From positions 1-64,000 of the IMG/VR virus record IMGVR_UViG_3300036828_000389: DNA of 64,000 nucleotides, one strand, 5' to 3'. This stretch comes from a virus. Under the pieces are notes generated by a model. The model ran no database searches. It was not told where the DNA came from and worked only from the letters and a program-made list of their open reading frames with translations. How positions within the stretch are numbered: position 1 is the first letter of the stretch; each line of letters opens with the position of its first letter. The position numbers and the translations under genes were made by a program. Shown here piece by piece: positions 43,955-53,067 of the stretch.

Positions 43955-44421
43955 TCCCTCCAGCTGGCGATGACCCGTTCGGTGAATCTGGTGTTGGTCA
44001 TTAATGGTGGGATCTCGTCAAGCAGTCCCTCCTCCTCCGCTATTTTCTGCATGCCTTCGATCTGCTTGCGGTTCCACAGCCGCAGTCCGGCGTCGCCGCG
44101 GGTTCCAGCCCTGCCCCTGGTGACGTACCCGGCCTTGGGGATCCAGCCCTTGTCGATCCAGCTGCGGATGGTGACCGACCGCCGTCCCAGAGCCTTGGCC
44201 AGGGCGCCGATGTAGAACAGTTCCAGGCTCTCACCGGTCGCCGGGTTCGTCCACACCTTCGGGTGGGCGTCCCAACCCTCTTCGGCGCGGATGGCCTTCC
44301 TCTCCTGCTTCATGCGAGCCCGCCGCATGTCGCGGGACTCGCGGCGCCGCTGGGTCGAGTGGGGGTAGAACTCGTCCTCCATGCCCTTGAGGTCTTCAAA
44401 GCCTCGCAAGAGGTCGCTCAC
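43945..44421 (-). CDS. MerR-like HTH DNA-binding protein
   Basis: FYIGALAKALGR..VTIRSW..KGWIP...RLW. Confidence 0.85.
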   Translation of the reverse strand: MSDLLRGFEDLKGMEDEFYPHSTQRRRESRDMRRARMKQERKAIRAEEGWDAHPKVWTNPATGESLELFYIGALAKALGRRSVTIRSWIDKGWIPKAGYVTRGRAGTRGDAGLRLWNRKQIEGMQKIAEEEGLLDEIPPLMTNTRFTERVIASWREWT

Positions 44422-44885
44422 GACACCGGCTTCCCGTTGTCATCCAGGAGGATGAAGCTGAAGCTGACGGTCTCGGGGAACATCATCTTCAACTCGTCTT
44501 CGGTGATGTCGCCGTCGTAGAACCCGGCAAAGATAGCGTCGGAGTCGGGGACCACGATGGTCTTGGTCATCTTCTCCCACAGCCCCTTCTTCTGGAGGAT
44601 CTTCTGTATGACCTCCTCGTTGGCGCTCGGGGTGACGGCCCGCTGGTTCTTCAGCTGGCTGATCTTGCGGTCGCCTACCGGCTCACCCAGGTCGAGGAAC
44701 AGGGAGCCGGTGGTGGGATCCTTCTGGCCGAACCGCTGCACCAGTTCCTTGAGCTTGCCCTTACCCTCGTTCAGCTTGGACTGGATGAGGGCGCCCTGAC
44801 GCTTGACCGCGTACCAGGCGTCCACCTGGTCGCGGAGTTGCTCCAGGTCGAGGTCATCAGCAGCTGGCCTGCGTAGCGTCGGCAT
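44418..44885 (-). CDS. hypothetical protein (Gam/gp157-like coiled coil)
   Basis: Helical N-terminus; TACCCT-N7-ATG leaderless start. Confidence 0.7.
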   Translation of the reverse strand: MPTLRRPAADDLDLEQLRDQVDAWYAVKRQGALIQSKLNEGKGKLKELVQRFGQKDPTTGSLFLDLGEPVGDRKISQLKNQRAVTPSANEEVIQKILQKKGLWEKMTKTIVVPDSDAIFAGFYDGDITEDELKMMFPETVSFSFILLDDNGKPVS

Positions 44886-44915
44886 ACCCACCAGGGTAAG
44901 CCGGGGGTGTGACCG

Positions 44916-45305
44916 TTATGAAGCCGGTGTGCGATCCCGGGGGGGCGGCTTCGGCCGATGGTAGGTGCTGACGCAGTAGACGGGGATACCGGCCCAGCTG
45001 GCCTGGTTCAGCCAGTCCTGGACGTGCCGGTCATGCTCCAGCCGGTCCATGAAGGCGAATACGATATTCGCCCGGGTCCACGACCGTACTTGCCGGCGAG
45101 TCAGGTATTTAAAGTGATCGACCTCATGCTCCAGGCCGGGCATGGTGCCGTTGTCCAGGATGGTCAGTTCCTCATTCCACTGCCGGGCCCAGGTGTTGAG
45201 CGACTCCAGCACCAGGCGCGGCATGTAGAGGTCGGTGTCGAGCGGTGTGCCCAGGAAGAGATAGCGCGGCCCCTGCGTAGTCACAGATCGGCCAGGGTAG
45301 CGCAC
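44916..45305 (-). CDS. degenerate SLOG/DUF2493-like protein
   Basis: IVFAF.D.LE.......W.NQA..AGIPVY; true start may be GTG 45284. Confidence 0.55.
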   Translation of the reverse strand: MRYPGRSVTTQGPRYLFLGTPLDTDLYMPRLVLESLNTWARQWNEELTILDNGTMPGLEHEVDHFKYLTRRQVRSWTRANIVFAFMDRLEHDRHVQDWLNQASWAGIPVYCVSTYHRPKPPPRDRTPAS

Positions 45306-45308
45306 GTC

Positions 45309-45337
45309 AAAGAGGCCCCCCCGAAGGGGAGCCTCTT
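45309..45337 (-). terminator. GC hairpin, putative terminator
   Basis: AAGAGGCTCCCC-TTCG-GGGGGCCTCTT-like stem on the minus strand. Confidence 0.65.
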
Positions 45338-45403
45338 GATTGACCAGCCTGCCTGGGGGTCATCCTCTGCGCCGCGTGGGCCTTCAGGAATCAAGCGCAG
45401 GCG

Positions 45404-46225
45404 TCAGCTGACCAAAGCCAGTTCCAGGGCTTCCAGAGCCTTGGAGACAGCAATCGTGGGGCCCAGAAGCATGTTCCGAATTAGCTCCTTGACGGGCCCG
45501 GCGGGCACGCTCTCAAAGAGCATTTTCAAATGGTACGCACCGTCGGTGGTGCTTTCCAGTGTGGCCTGGTAGGTCTTGATCAGTTTCAACATCCACTGAG
45601 TGTCGGACGCATTGGCCAACTCGTCGGCCTCCCGCTTGCGGTCCTGGGCCGCGGCGTGGGCAGCGTTGGCCACGATGGTCAGATTCTTCTTCCGCTGACC
45701 GCGCATGGCGACGCCAACCGCATCGATGACCGCACGGTCGACGTAATCCGACTGGTTCCTCCACATGCGCCGGGCCGCGATCAGCTGCTTGGCATTGAGG
45801 TTTGACTGGGCGAACGGATCAGCGTCCTCCTCGCCCAGCAGGATCCTCAGAGCCTGCTTGACGTTGTAGTGATCACGCTGGGGGTCGCTGGCGTACAACG
45901 CCCTCCTGTGTTCCTCCCAGGACTTATCCGGCACCACCAGGTCGGGGGTGAAGTGCCAACCTACGATCCACCACTCCTTCATCCGGTTGATGGATATCTC
46001 CCGGCCCAAAGCGGCCTGATCTACGGCCAGCTGCTGGAGCCGGGTGCGCTGCTCGGTCTTGGCCGCCCGGCTGGTGTCCAGGGGCGTGCAGGGGTGCATC
46101 AAGGGAACCAGGGCGTGGTGGCCCAGGCTCCAGGTGGCGCCGCTATCGGGCGGAAGGCCCGTGGTGCTGAGAACACCACGGGCCCCCACTAGCCCTGGGC
46201 GATCCGGAAGATCGCCGGTACTCAC
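45404..46225 (-). CDS. hypothetical protein
   Basis: 273-aa ORF, GTGA coupling. Confidence 0.75.
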   Translation of the reverse strand: MSTGDLPDRPGLVGARGVLSTTGLPPDSGATWSLGHHALVPLMHPCTPLDTSRAAKTEQRTRLQQLAVDQAALGREISINRMKEWWIVGWHFTPDLVVPDKSWEEHRRALYASDPQRDHYNVKQALRILLGEEDADPFAQSNLNAKQLIAARRMWRNQSDYVDRAVIDAVGVAMRGQRKKNLTIVANAAHAAAQDRKREADELANASDTQWMLKLIKTYQATLESTTDGAYHLKMLFESVPAGPVKELIRNMLLGPTIAVSKALEALELALVS

Positions 46226-47094
46226 CCGTTCAGCTTGCCCTTCGGAGCCTTCTCCAGTTCACCGGATGACCAGCTGGCGGGAGTCAAGCTGAGCCCGGCC
46301 TGCTGATAGACCGGCGCCAGAACCCCACTCACCTGGGTGGTGGTTGCCTGCAACAGGCCGATGAACATGGCCTGGTCCGCAGGATCAGGGAAGGTGCCCA
46401 GGTCCGCCGTGATCTGCTTGGCGAATCTGAGCAGGCTGCCCACGGCGCGCTGGGCCGCCGGATTGGAAACGTAGCTGAGCGCCCGTTCCGGCACGTTGGT
46501 GGCAAACCGGACCTGGACTTTCATCGAGGTCTTGGTGCCATCGGGGTTCACCACGATCCGGGTCAGCGCCCCGGTCACGTTCGGCGCCTTGCTCTTCAGG
46601 TGCTTCGGTGACTCCACCATCACGGTGTGTGCCGGGAGCTTCCCCGACTTGGCCAGGGCGCCCTTGTTGGTCAGGAGGGGCCAGACCAGATCGGTGAGGA
46701 AATCCCACTCGACCGGGAAGTCTGACTTGTCCTCCTCAGACAGTCCCCAGAAGGTGCCGTTGACATCCTCCTGATCGATGCCAAGCTCGGCCACCAGGGG
46801 CAGATTGGCATCAGTGACCATCCGGGGCAGCACGATCCCGGCAACGTGGTCGAGCATCCGCTCACCGTTGATCATGATGGGCTGGTCCCCGTTGGCGGGG
46901 ATGTCCAGCAGACCCCGGCTCTCCAGCACGAACCGCGTCATCTGGGAATCGCGCCAGATGAACCTGGCCGGTGGTGTCGGCAACGGGAATGCCGTGCCCT
47001 GGAACTCGGACAGATCCAGTTCCAGGGGTGGGGGTGGGGCTCCGGGCGTCGCCGCCGGAACCTCCTCCTCCACCGTAGTGGGTGTATCGGTCAT
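46222..47094 (-). CDS. hypothetical protein
   Basis: Start at MTDTPT after AAGGAG. Confidence 0.8.
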   Translation of the reverse strand: MTDTPTTVEEEVPAATPGAPPPPLELDLSEFQGTAFPLPTPPARFIWRDSQMTRFVLESRGLLDIPANGDQPIMINGERMLDHVAGIVLPRMVTDANLPLVAELGIDQEDVNGTFWGLSEEDKSDFPVEWDFLTDLVWPLLTNKGALAKSGKLPAHTVMVESPKHLKSKAPNVTGALTRIVVNPDGTKTSMKVQVRFATNVPERALSYVSNPAAQRAVGSLLRFAKQITADLGTFPDPADQAMFIGLLQATTTQVSGVLAPVYQQAGLSLTPASWSSGELEKAPKGKLNG

Positions 47095-47212
47095 GCTGTT
47101 CTTCTCCTTTACCTTGTCCCCTATGAGCCGTAGCTGGCGGGGTTGTGGTCTGCGTTTGATGACCCAGCCGCAAACTGGGTGACAACACTTATACTCCCAT
47201 TGTGGGGTGCCG

Positions 47213-48772
47213 TCAAGGCGTGTGGTCAACCAGGTATCCCGACAGGCTCTGGAGGTCGAGCTTCAGGCGCCCCCGGGCGTCGATGCCCTGGCCGTCGATC
47301 ACCGCGGCCGCCACCTTCGCCTTCTGCTTCAGCAGGGCATGCTGATACTGCTCGATGCTGTCCTCGACCTGGAGGCTGATCAGGGTGACGGTGCGGAACC
47401 GGGAGGACAGCCGGATGATGCGCGCCTGGCGTTGGGCGTAGGCACCAGCGCTCCAGGGCAAGTCATATGAAATGAGGTAGTTAGCCATGGGAAGGTCTAG
47501 ACCGACACCACCAGCATCAGAACTCAGGAAGAGCCGGGTCTCGGGGTCGACGGCGAACTGAGCCTTGGCGGCGTCGCGGTCCCGCTGGCTGACTCGGCCG
47601 GTGAACATCACCGACTTGGTCAGGGTGGCGGTCTCGGCCGCCAGCATGTCGAGGGCGTCTATAAAGAAGGAGAAGAGGACAACCTTGTTCCGGGGGCTGG
47701 CCCCCAGGATGTCGATCAGCATCTCCATGGTGGCCCGGAGCTTCGGGGACTCGTCCAGGCCGTCCAGGTGGCCGCCCTCCCATAGCTCCTGGGCGTACTC
47801 GGAGCCGCCCCGGCGCCCGTCCCTGATCGCACCGCGGAACCGACCGGCCGAGTTGGCCAGCAGCTGGGGATGATCGCACAGCATCCTGAGGGCCAGCAGC
47901 TTGGCCATGATCCGGCCGCGGGCGTCGCCGCTGTCGTCACCGTGGTAGAAGGCGAACACGTTGAAATTCCCGAACGTGTACATCACCTCTTCGATATCGT
48001 GCTGGAGGTCGGACACAATGTGCCGGTAGAGCTTGGCCCCCGCCCGGTCGAGTTCTACCGGCACGACCTGTTCGGTCACGGCGGGCAATTGATCGGCTAC
48101 CTCGTCCCTGGTGTGGCGGATCATGTTGTCCGACAACAGCTTGTGCAACGTCGGCAGGTTCCGGTAGGTGCGGACGCGGCCCCAGTGATCCCGAACGATA
48201 AATGCGCGGTCGAAGATGTCCCACCGGCCCAGCGCATCCGGCTTTACCCATTGCATGATGCTGAAGACCTCTTCGGCGCGATTCTCAACGGGCTGGCCGG
48301 TCAAGCCCCATTGAAACGTGGCCTTCAGCTGCTTGAGGCGGCGCGACCGCTTGGCCTTGAACCCCTTGGCCCAGGTCACCTCGTCCGCGATGATGAAGTC
48401 GCGCGGCAGCTTGGAGATGACCTGCCAGTCCGACAGGAACAGGTCGGGGTTGAAGATCAAGTACTCACCGCGCCCGGCCTTGTAGTCGCTGTAGTAGCTC
48501 AGCCGCTCCCGGGGGTCGCCCTCCACCAGGATGACCTTGGCGTCGCCTCCGGTGAACTCCTCCAGCATCTGGCGCCACTGTCGCTTGAGGCTGGCCGGGC
48601 AGATGATGAAGCCGCCGCCGATGTCACCCTGGTCGAACAGCTGCTCCGTGGCCGCGATGGACACGACCGTTTTGCCCAGACCCATGTCCATGGCCAGGAG
48701 CAGCTGCCGTGCCGCGATCATACGCTCGACGGCGGCAGCCTGGAAGGGGTACAGCTGGCCCTTGAAGCTCAC
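47213..48772 (-). CDS. SNF2-family helicase
   Basis: LYPFQ, MDMGLGKT, IIADE, LTGQPVEN, GGVGLDL, QRQARIIR. Confidence 0.92.
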   Translation of the reverse strand: MSFKGQLYPFQAAAVERMIAARQLLLAMDMGLGKTVVSIAATEQLFDQGDIGGGFIICPASLKRQWRQMLEEFTGGDAKVILVEGDPRERLSYYSDYKAGRGEYLIFNPDLFLSDWQVISKLPRDFIIADEVTWAKGFKAKRSRRLKQLKATFQWGLTGQPVENRAEEVFSIMQWVKPDALGRWDIFDRAFIVRDHWGRVRTYRNLPTLHKLLSDNMIRHTRDEVADQLPAVTEQVVPVELDRAGAKLYRHIVSDLQHDIEEVMYTFGNFNVFAFYHGDDSGDARGRIMAKLLALRMLCDHPQLLANSAGRFRGAIRDGRRGGSEYAQELWEGGHLDGLDESPKLRATMEMLIDILGASPRNKVVLFSFFIDALDMLAAETATLTKSVMFTGRVSQRDRDAAKAQFAVDPETRLFLSSDAGGVGLDLPMANYLISYDLPWSAGAYAQRQARIIRLSSRFRTVTLISLQVEDSIEQYQHALLKQKAKVAAAVIDGQGIDARGRLKLDLQSLSGYLVDHTP

Positions 48773-49689
48773 CAGAATCCAGCCAGGATGGCGTCATCGA
48801 CGGCCTTGGCCACCTGGTCAGCATCGCACTCACCCGGATCCTTCTTCCCCGGGGCGTGGATGTAGTTGAAGACGGTGGTGGGCAAGCGGTGATGCCAGCG
48901 CTCGTCCAGGATGGCTCGGGTGGCCTTGATGCCAGCGGTGTCGTTGTCGAGCGCCAGGATCACCGAGTGGAAGTGTTCCACGATCAGGTACATCTGCCGG
49001 TCGCTCACGCTGGCGCCGAAGCTGGCCACGGCGGGGAAGCCCAGGCCATGAAGGTAGACCACGTCCAACGGCGACTCGACCAGTAGTACCTGGTGGGTCT
49101 CGTCCTGCTCCAGGCGATGGAGCCCGAACAGGGTGCGGCTCTTCTTGATGCCGGGCGGGTGGTTGCGGACGTTCTCCCCCTTGGCCTGGTAGCCCCACAA
49201 GTCCCCTACCGGCCCGAAGATAGGTAGTACCCACTCGGCCAGTTCGTAGTTCCAGAGCAGCCCGAAGTGGATGCACGCCTCCAGGGTCAGCTGGCGCCGA
49301 TCCCGGGCCCGGCGCGGCGGCTCCGAGAAAGCGCGCAGCTGATCCTCGATGTCTGTACTCTCCGGCGGCTGCCAGGTCTCCCAGTTGCTGTCCGAGACCA
49401 GATCTACGTCGTGGTCGCGCAGGAGCTTATGGGCCTCCCACACGCCCAGCTGGGTCTGCTCGATGATGAGCCGGACCAGGGAGCCCTTGTACTCGCAGCT
49501 GAAGCAATGGTGCTGGCCGGTGCGCCTGTTGATCGACCAGTGCCGCGGCCTCTGCTCCCGCTGGCCGGTCCGGCGCTCATGCTCTGGGCACCGGCCCTGG
49601 ATCTCGTCCCCCATGGAATGAAGATCCAGGATGCCGATCTGATACAAGAGATCCTCAAGCATTGTTTTCGTCGTCCTCGTCAACGACAT
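48769..49689 (-). CDS. DNA primase (Zn finger + TOPRIM)
   Basis: CPEH...HHCFSC; LLVESPLD; LALDNDTAG; KDPGE. Confidence 0.92.
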   Translation of the reverse strand: MSLTRTTKTMLEDLLYQIGILDLHSMGDEIQGRCPEHERRTGQREQRPRHWSINRRTGQHHCFSCEYKGSLVRLIIEQTQLGVWEAHKLLRDHDVDLVSDSNWETWQPPESTDIEDQLRAFSEPPRRARDRRQLTLEACIHFGLLWNYELAEWVLPIFGPVGDLWGYQAKGENVRNHPPGIKKSRTLFGLHRLEQDETHQVLLVESPLDVVYLHGLGFPAVASFGASVSDRQMYLIVEHFHSVILALDNDTAGIKATRAILDERWHHRLPTTVFNYIHAPGKKDPGECDADQVAKAVDDAILAGFW

Positions 49690-50914
49690 CGTCGCGCCCG
49701 TAGACCACCTCGTCCATCTCCGTGATGGTGCCGTTGTCCCAGTCGAACCGGAGCCGGATCTCCTTGGTCGATGAGTGGCGCGCCGCGATGATCTTCAGCA
49801 CCCGCTCCTCCGGGTTGTCGCCCTTCTCGACCCCGAAGATCACGTCGGAGTCCTGGCCGAAGCTGCTGCTGTAGCCCACCGAGTTAAGGCTCAGCTTGCC
49901 CTTACGGGCCTTCCAGGTTAGAGCCTGGGTGGTGATCACGATGGGGATATGGGCCCGCTGAGCCAGCCGCTTGAGGCTCCTGGTGATGCTGGTAAGAGCC
50001 TGGGCGGACCCTGGCTCCGTGTCGGTTAGTTCGGCGTCCATCATGTAGGCGCCATCCACGAAGACCACGTCGGGCTTGTGCTGGGCCACTTTGGCGGCCA
50101 GGCCGGACACTGTGGTGGTGCTGCTGGCGTCGTGGACGAAGACCATGGGCGCCATGTCCTGCATGGCATGCATCGTCTTCCGCAGTCGTGACCACTCCTG
50201 GCCGGTCAGCTTGCCGTTGGCCAGTCGGTTGTAACTGACCCCGGCGCGGAAGGCACTGTGGCGCATGGCCTGCTCCTCGTTGCTCATCTCAAAGGTGACG
50301 AAGAGGGTCTTCCGTCGAGCGTTATGGGCGGCGATGGCCATACACAGCAGGATCATGGACTTGCCGTCCTTGGGCAGCCCCACCAGGGACACCAGCTGCT
50401 CCGGCTGGAGTCCGGCGGTAGCCAGATCCATGCTGGGGAACCCGGTGGTGATGCCACGGAGCCCGTGGTCGCTGGTCAAGGTCTTGCAGTAGGCCAACCA
50501 TGCCTCCGTGGTCTGGGTGAAGTCGGTGTCGGACAAGTCCGAGACCTCCGTGTGGGCGGTCTCGACCCCGTGCGCCATGATCCGCAGGACCGTGGCCGCG
50601 TCACCTTGCTTGAGGGGATCCTTGACCTGGTCGAGCATCTCTGCCACCAGGGAGTAACGGTGCCGGGCCCGTAGCTCCTGGAGATACCAGGACATGGGCT
50701 CCGGCGTTTCGATCAGGTCATAGGCCGGGAACAGGTGGTGTAGGACAGCCTCTGTGGGGCTGGCGTTGTGTTCGGACCAGTAGTCCAGCATGGCGTTGAA
50801 GACATGCACGTTGTCCAGGTCTGAGAAGTAGCTGGCCGTGATCCTGGCGTCCAGTAGTGACCGGAAATCACTGGTCTCTACCGCTTTACAGAGGGCGGCC
50901 CATTCGATATCCAT
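49655..50914 (-). CDS. DnaB-like replicative helicase
   Basis: GITTGF, GLPKDGKS, FEMS, VFVDG, QDSDVIF. Confidence 0.92.
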   Translation of the reverse strand: MDIEWAALCKAVETSDFRSLLDARITASYFSDLDNVHVFNAMLDYWSEHNASPTEAVLHHLFPAYDLIETPEPMSWYLQELRARHRYSLVAEMLDQVKDPLKQGDAATVLRIMAHGVETAHTEVSDLSDTDFTQTTEAWLAYCKTLTSDHGLRGITTGFPSMDLATAGLQPEQLVSLVGLPKDGKSMILLCMAIAAHNARRKTLFVTFEMSNEEQAMRHSAFRAGVSYNRLANGKLTGQEWSRLRKTMHAMQDMAPMVFVHDASSTTTVSGLAAKVAQHKPDVVFVDGAYMMDAELTDTEPGSAQALTSITRSLKRLAQRAHIPIVITTQALTWKARKGKLSLNSVGYSSSFGQDSDVIFGVEKGDNPEERVLKIIAARHSSTKEIRLRFDWDNGTITEMDEVVYGRDDVVDEDDENNA

Positions 50915-51363
50915 CAGCTGACCGTGATGGGTTGGTCGGGATCGAGGTAGTACCCGCGCGGCCCGTAGCTCCAGCGTTGCTCCTCGACGCCGTAGTACAC
51001 CCGGTCGACATCCGGCATCTGGGGCAGCATGCGGCCCAGGTCAGACGGGGTCTCGCTGTAGACGTAGCGGACTGGTAGGTTGCGCCGCTCTATCCATCTG
51101 GCTACGGCCAGGGCGAAGTTCGGGCCCCGGGTGGTGAGGCACACGTCCAGGCGCATGTCGGTGCGCTGGAAGAGTGACCACATGAGGGCGACGGTGCGCT
51201 CCTGGATCTCCCAGTAGCCCACGGCGGCGTCCCAGAGCGCCATGCGACGTTTGATGTCCTCCAGCAGCCGGATCGTCCTGCTGTCGGGCAGGATGGCTAT
51301 CGTGCCCTCCCAGATAAAGATGATCCGGCGCGGGCTGAAGATGCCTAGCTGTCCTTTTTCCAC
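50914..51363 (-). CDS. HAD-like hypothetical protein
   Basis: IIFIWEGTI at the N-terminus; conserved position before the helicase. Confidence 0.65.
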   Translation of the reverse strand: MEKGQLGIFSPRRIIFIWEGTIAILPDSRTIRLLEDIKRRMALWDAAVGYWEIQERTVALMWSLFQRTDMRLDVCLTTRGPNFALAVARWIERRNLPVRYVYSETPSDLGRMLPQMPDVDRVYYGVEEQRWSYGPRGYYLDPDQPITVS

Positions 51364-52007
51364 TGTTCGATCTTGTTGTTCATAGCGATCTGGTCCCGGT
51401 AGTCGTCACCTACGATCCCGACCATAAAGGAGCATTCGGTCAGCACACTGGTGAGTCCTTCGGTGTAGCGGTTGTCCAGTTCACTGAGGCGTAGGTTGCA
51501 GGTCACCAGAGTGGGTAGGCGGCGGTTGTAGCGAAACCGGACCAAGTCGAAGAGTTGCTGACCTGACCAACCGGACTCAGAGGCGTACTCCCGGCCCACG
51601 TCGTCCAGGAGCAACCAGTCGGCACCTTGCTTGGGGGAGCGCCCCTGCCCCTGGATATAGCGCAGACGGTCATGCACCTCATCTGCTTGCTCGCAGTATT
51701 CCTCGTAGTCCTCTCTCGTCAGGTTGTCGAGCCGCCAGCTGTCCTTGATCAGCTGCACGTAGGCGGACATCTCGATGGACTCCACCCGGTAACCCTTCTC
51801 CCGGGCGGCGCTAATCACCACACTGGCCAGCGTGGTCTTGCCCACGCCGATGGGGCCCATGAAGGTAATCCCTTGACCTGCTACACGGTGGAGTTCTAGG
51901 TCTTCGATATAGACCCGCACTATCTCCTTGGCGTCATGTTGAGTTTCGTGCGTCGGCTGGTAGTCGTCCAGGGTCTGGCCGCGGTACCTTCTGAACACGC
52001 CCTTCAT
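51345..52007 (-). CDS. DnaC/IstB-like AAA+ helicase loader
   Basis: GPIGVGKT, LLLDDVGRE, RYNRRLPTLVTCN. Confidence 0.92.
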   Translation of the reverse strand: MKGVFRRYRGQTLDDYQPTHETQHDAKEIVRVYIEDLELHRVAGQGITFMGPIGVGKTTLASVVISAAREKGYRVESIEMSAYVQLIKDSWRLDNLTREDYEEYCEQADEVHDRLRYIQGQGRSPKQGADWLLLDDVGREYASESGWSGQQLFDLVRFRYNRRLPTLVTCNLRLSELDNRYTEGLTSVLTECSFMVGIVGDDYRDQIAMNNKIEQWKKDS

Positions 52008-52384
52008 CGTTTCCCCTTTCGTCGGTCCACGCCTGGCGTCCGGCTACGACGTTCCCTCAGCCTGGCGATAATGGTGGTGTAGGTAGCGGTTGACCAGTTC
52101 TGCCTCCAATCCTTAAAGCGCTTCTTGCCGGTGGCGATGCGGTGCCGCTCCTGTTCGGTATAACCGGCGAAGATGCCAGCCTCTTCTGGGTGAGCGATGC
52201 CGTACCGGGCACACTGCTCAAACACCGGGCACCTACCACAGGCGTACTGACGGATCCAGGCCAGGTCATCGATCTCGTAGCTGAACCAGAGCCCGGGGTG
52301 ATCCTTACATTTCCTGGAGGGATCCGACATGAAGCTGTTGTCAGCCCGGCCGTAGGCCCACAGGTGAGTGGTTGGAGCGGTCAC
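52004..52384 (-). CDS. whiB: WhiB-family transcription factor
   Basis: C...LWF...ACGRCPVFEQC...GIFAG.TEQER. Confidence 0.85.
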   Translation of the reverse strand: MTAPTTHLWAYGRADNSFMSDPSRKCKDHPGLWFSYEIDDLAWIRQYACGRCPVFEQCARYGIAHPEEAGIFAGYTEQERHRIATGKKRFKDWRQNWSTATYTTIIARLRERRSRTPGVDRRKGKR

Positions 52385-52887
52385 CGGTCGAACCAGTACT
52401 CCAGTGAAGACCTGTCCACTCTGACCTGTCCAGCCCTGTTGGGGGTATACTGTACGCCCTCCGTCTGGGCAGACCTCTCGCCGGAAAACCTGAGGCTCCT
52501 TCCGCCTCCGCTGCGCTCCGGCTCAGGAGCAGAAGTGTGCTGGCCACCCCAGTGCCCTGTGGGCACTAGACTATCCTGCCTGCCGAAAAATTTTCTAGTC
52601 GAAGTGAGATTTCGGCCTTTGACCAGGGGTGGAGGAGGGCAGGAACAGGAAACCAGGATCTGAAATCCTCCTGTGTCCAGTCCAATGATGGCGTCGTTGT
52701 CTATTAATTGCTTTATGAGATCCCGGGCTCTGCCCATGGAGTTGTGGGAGTTATAGACGTAGCGAGCCAAATCGTCCGCGACTTCTGATGGCGTCCAACG
52801 CAACACTCCCTTCCGTGTGGCCTTCCGGCTCATGCGGCTCAAAGCGCGGTGGAGCGATGTTTGTTCAAGCTCACGACAGTTCTCCAT
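52381..52887 (-). CDS. hypothetical protein, possible winged-helix replication initiator
   Basis: AAGGAGG SD; first gene of the replication operon; WTPSEVADDL...LIKQLID. Confidence 0.55.
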   Translation of the reverse strand: MENCRELEQTSLHRALSRMSRKATRKGVLRWTPSEVADDLARYVYNSHNSMGRARDLIKQLIDNDAIIGLDTGGFQILVSCSCPPPPLVKGRNLTSTRKFFGRQDSLVPTGHWGGQHTSAPEPERSGGGRSLRFSGERSAQTEGVQYTPNRAGQVRVDRSSLEYWFDR

Positions 52888-53067
52888 GAGCGCCGCCCTC
52901 CTTGATTGTTGACGGTGTTACGTCCCGGTCCCTGCCGGGAGGTGGTTCGGGTGTACTACCGCCAGTCGACCGCGTCAAGCTGATGCGGGAAGTTGTCGGA
53001 GATCCCCAGGTTGTCCCCAGTCAGGGGTGGTCGCGGTGGACAAAGCCTTGGTGCATAGGCTTTTTTC

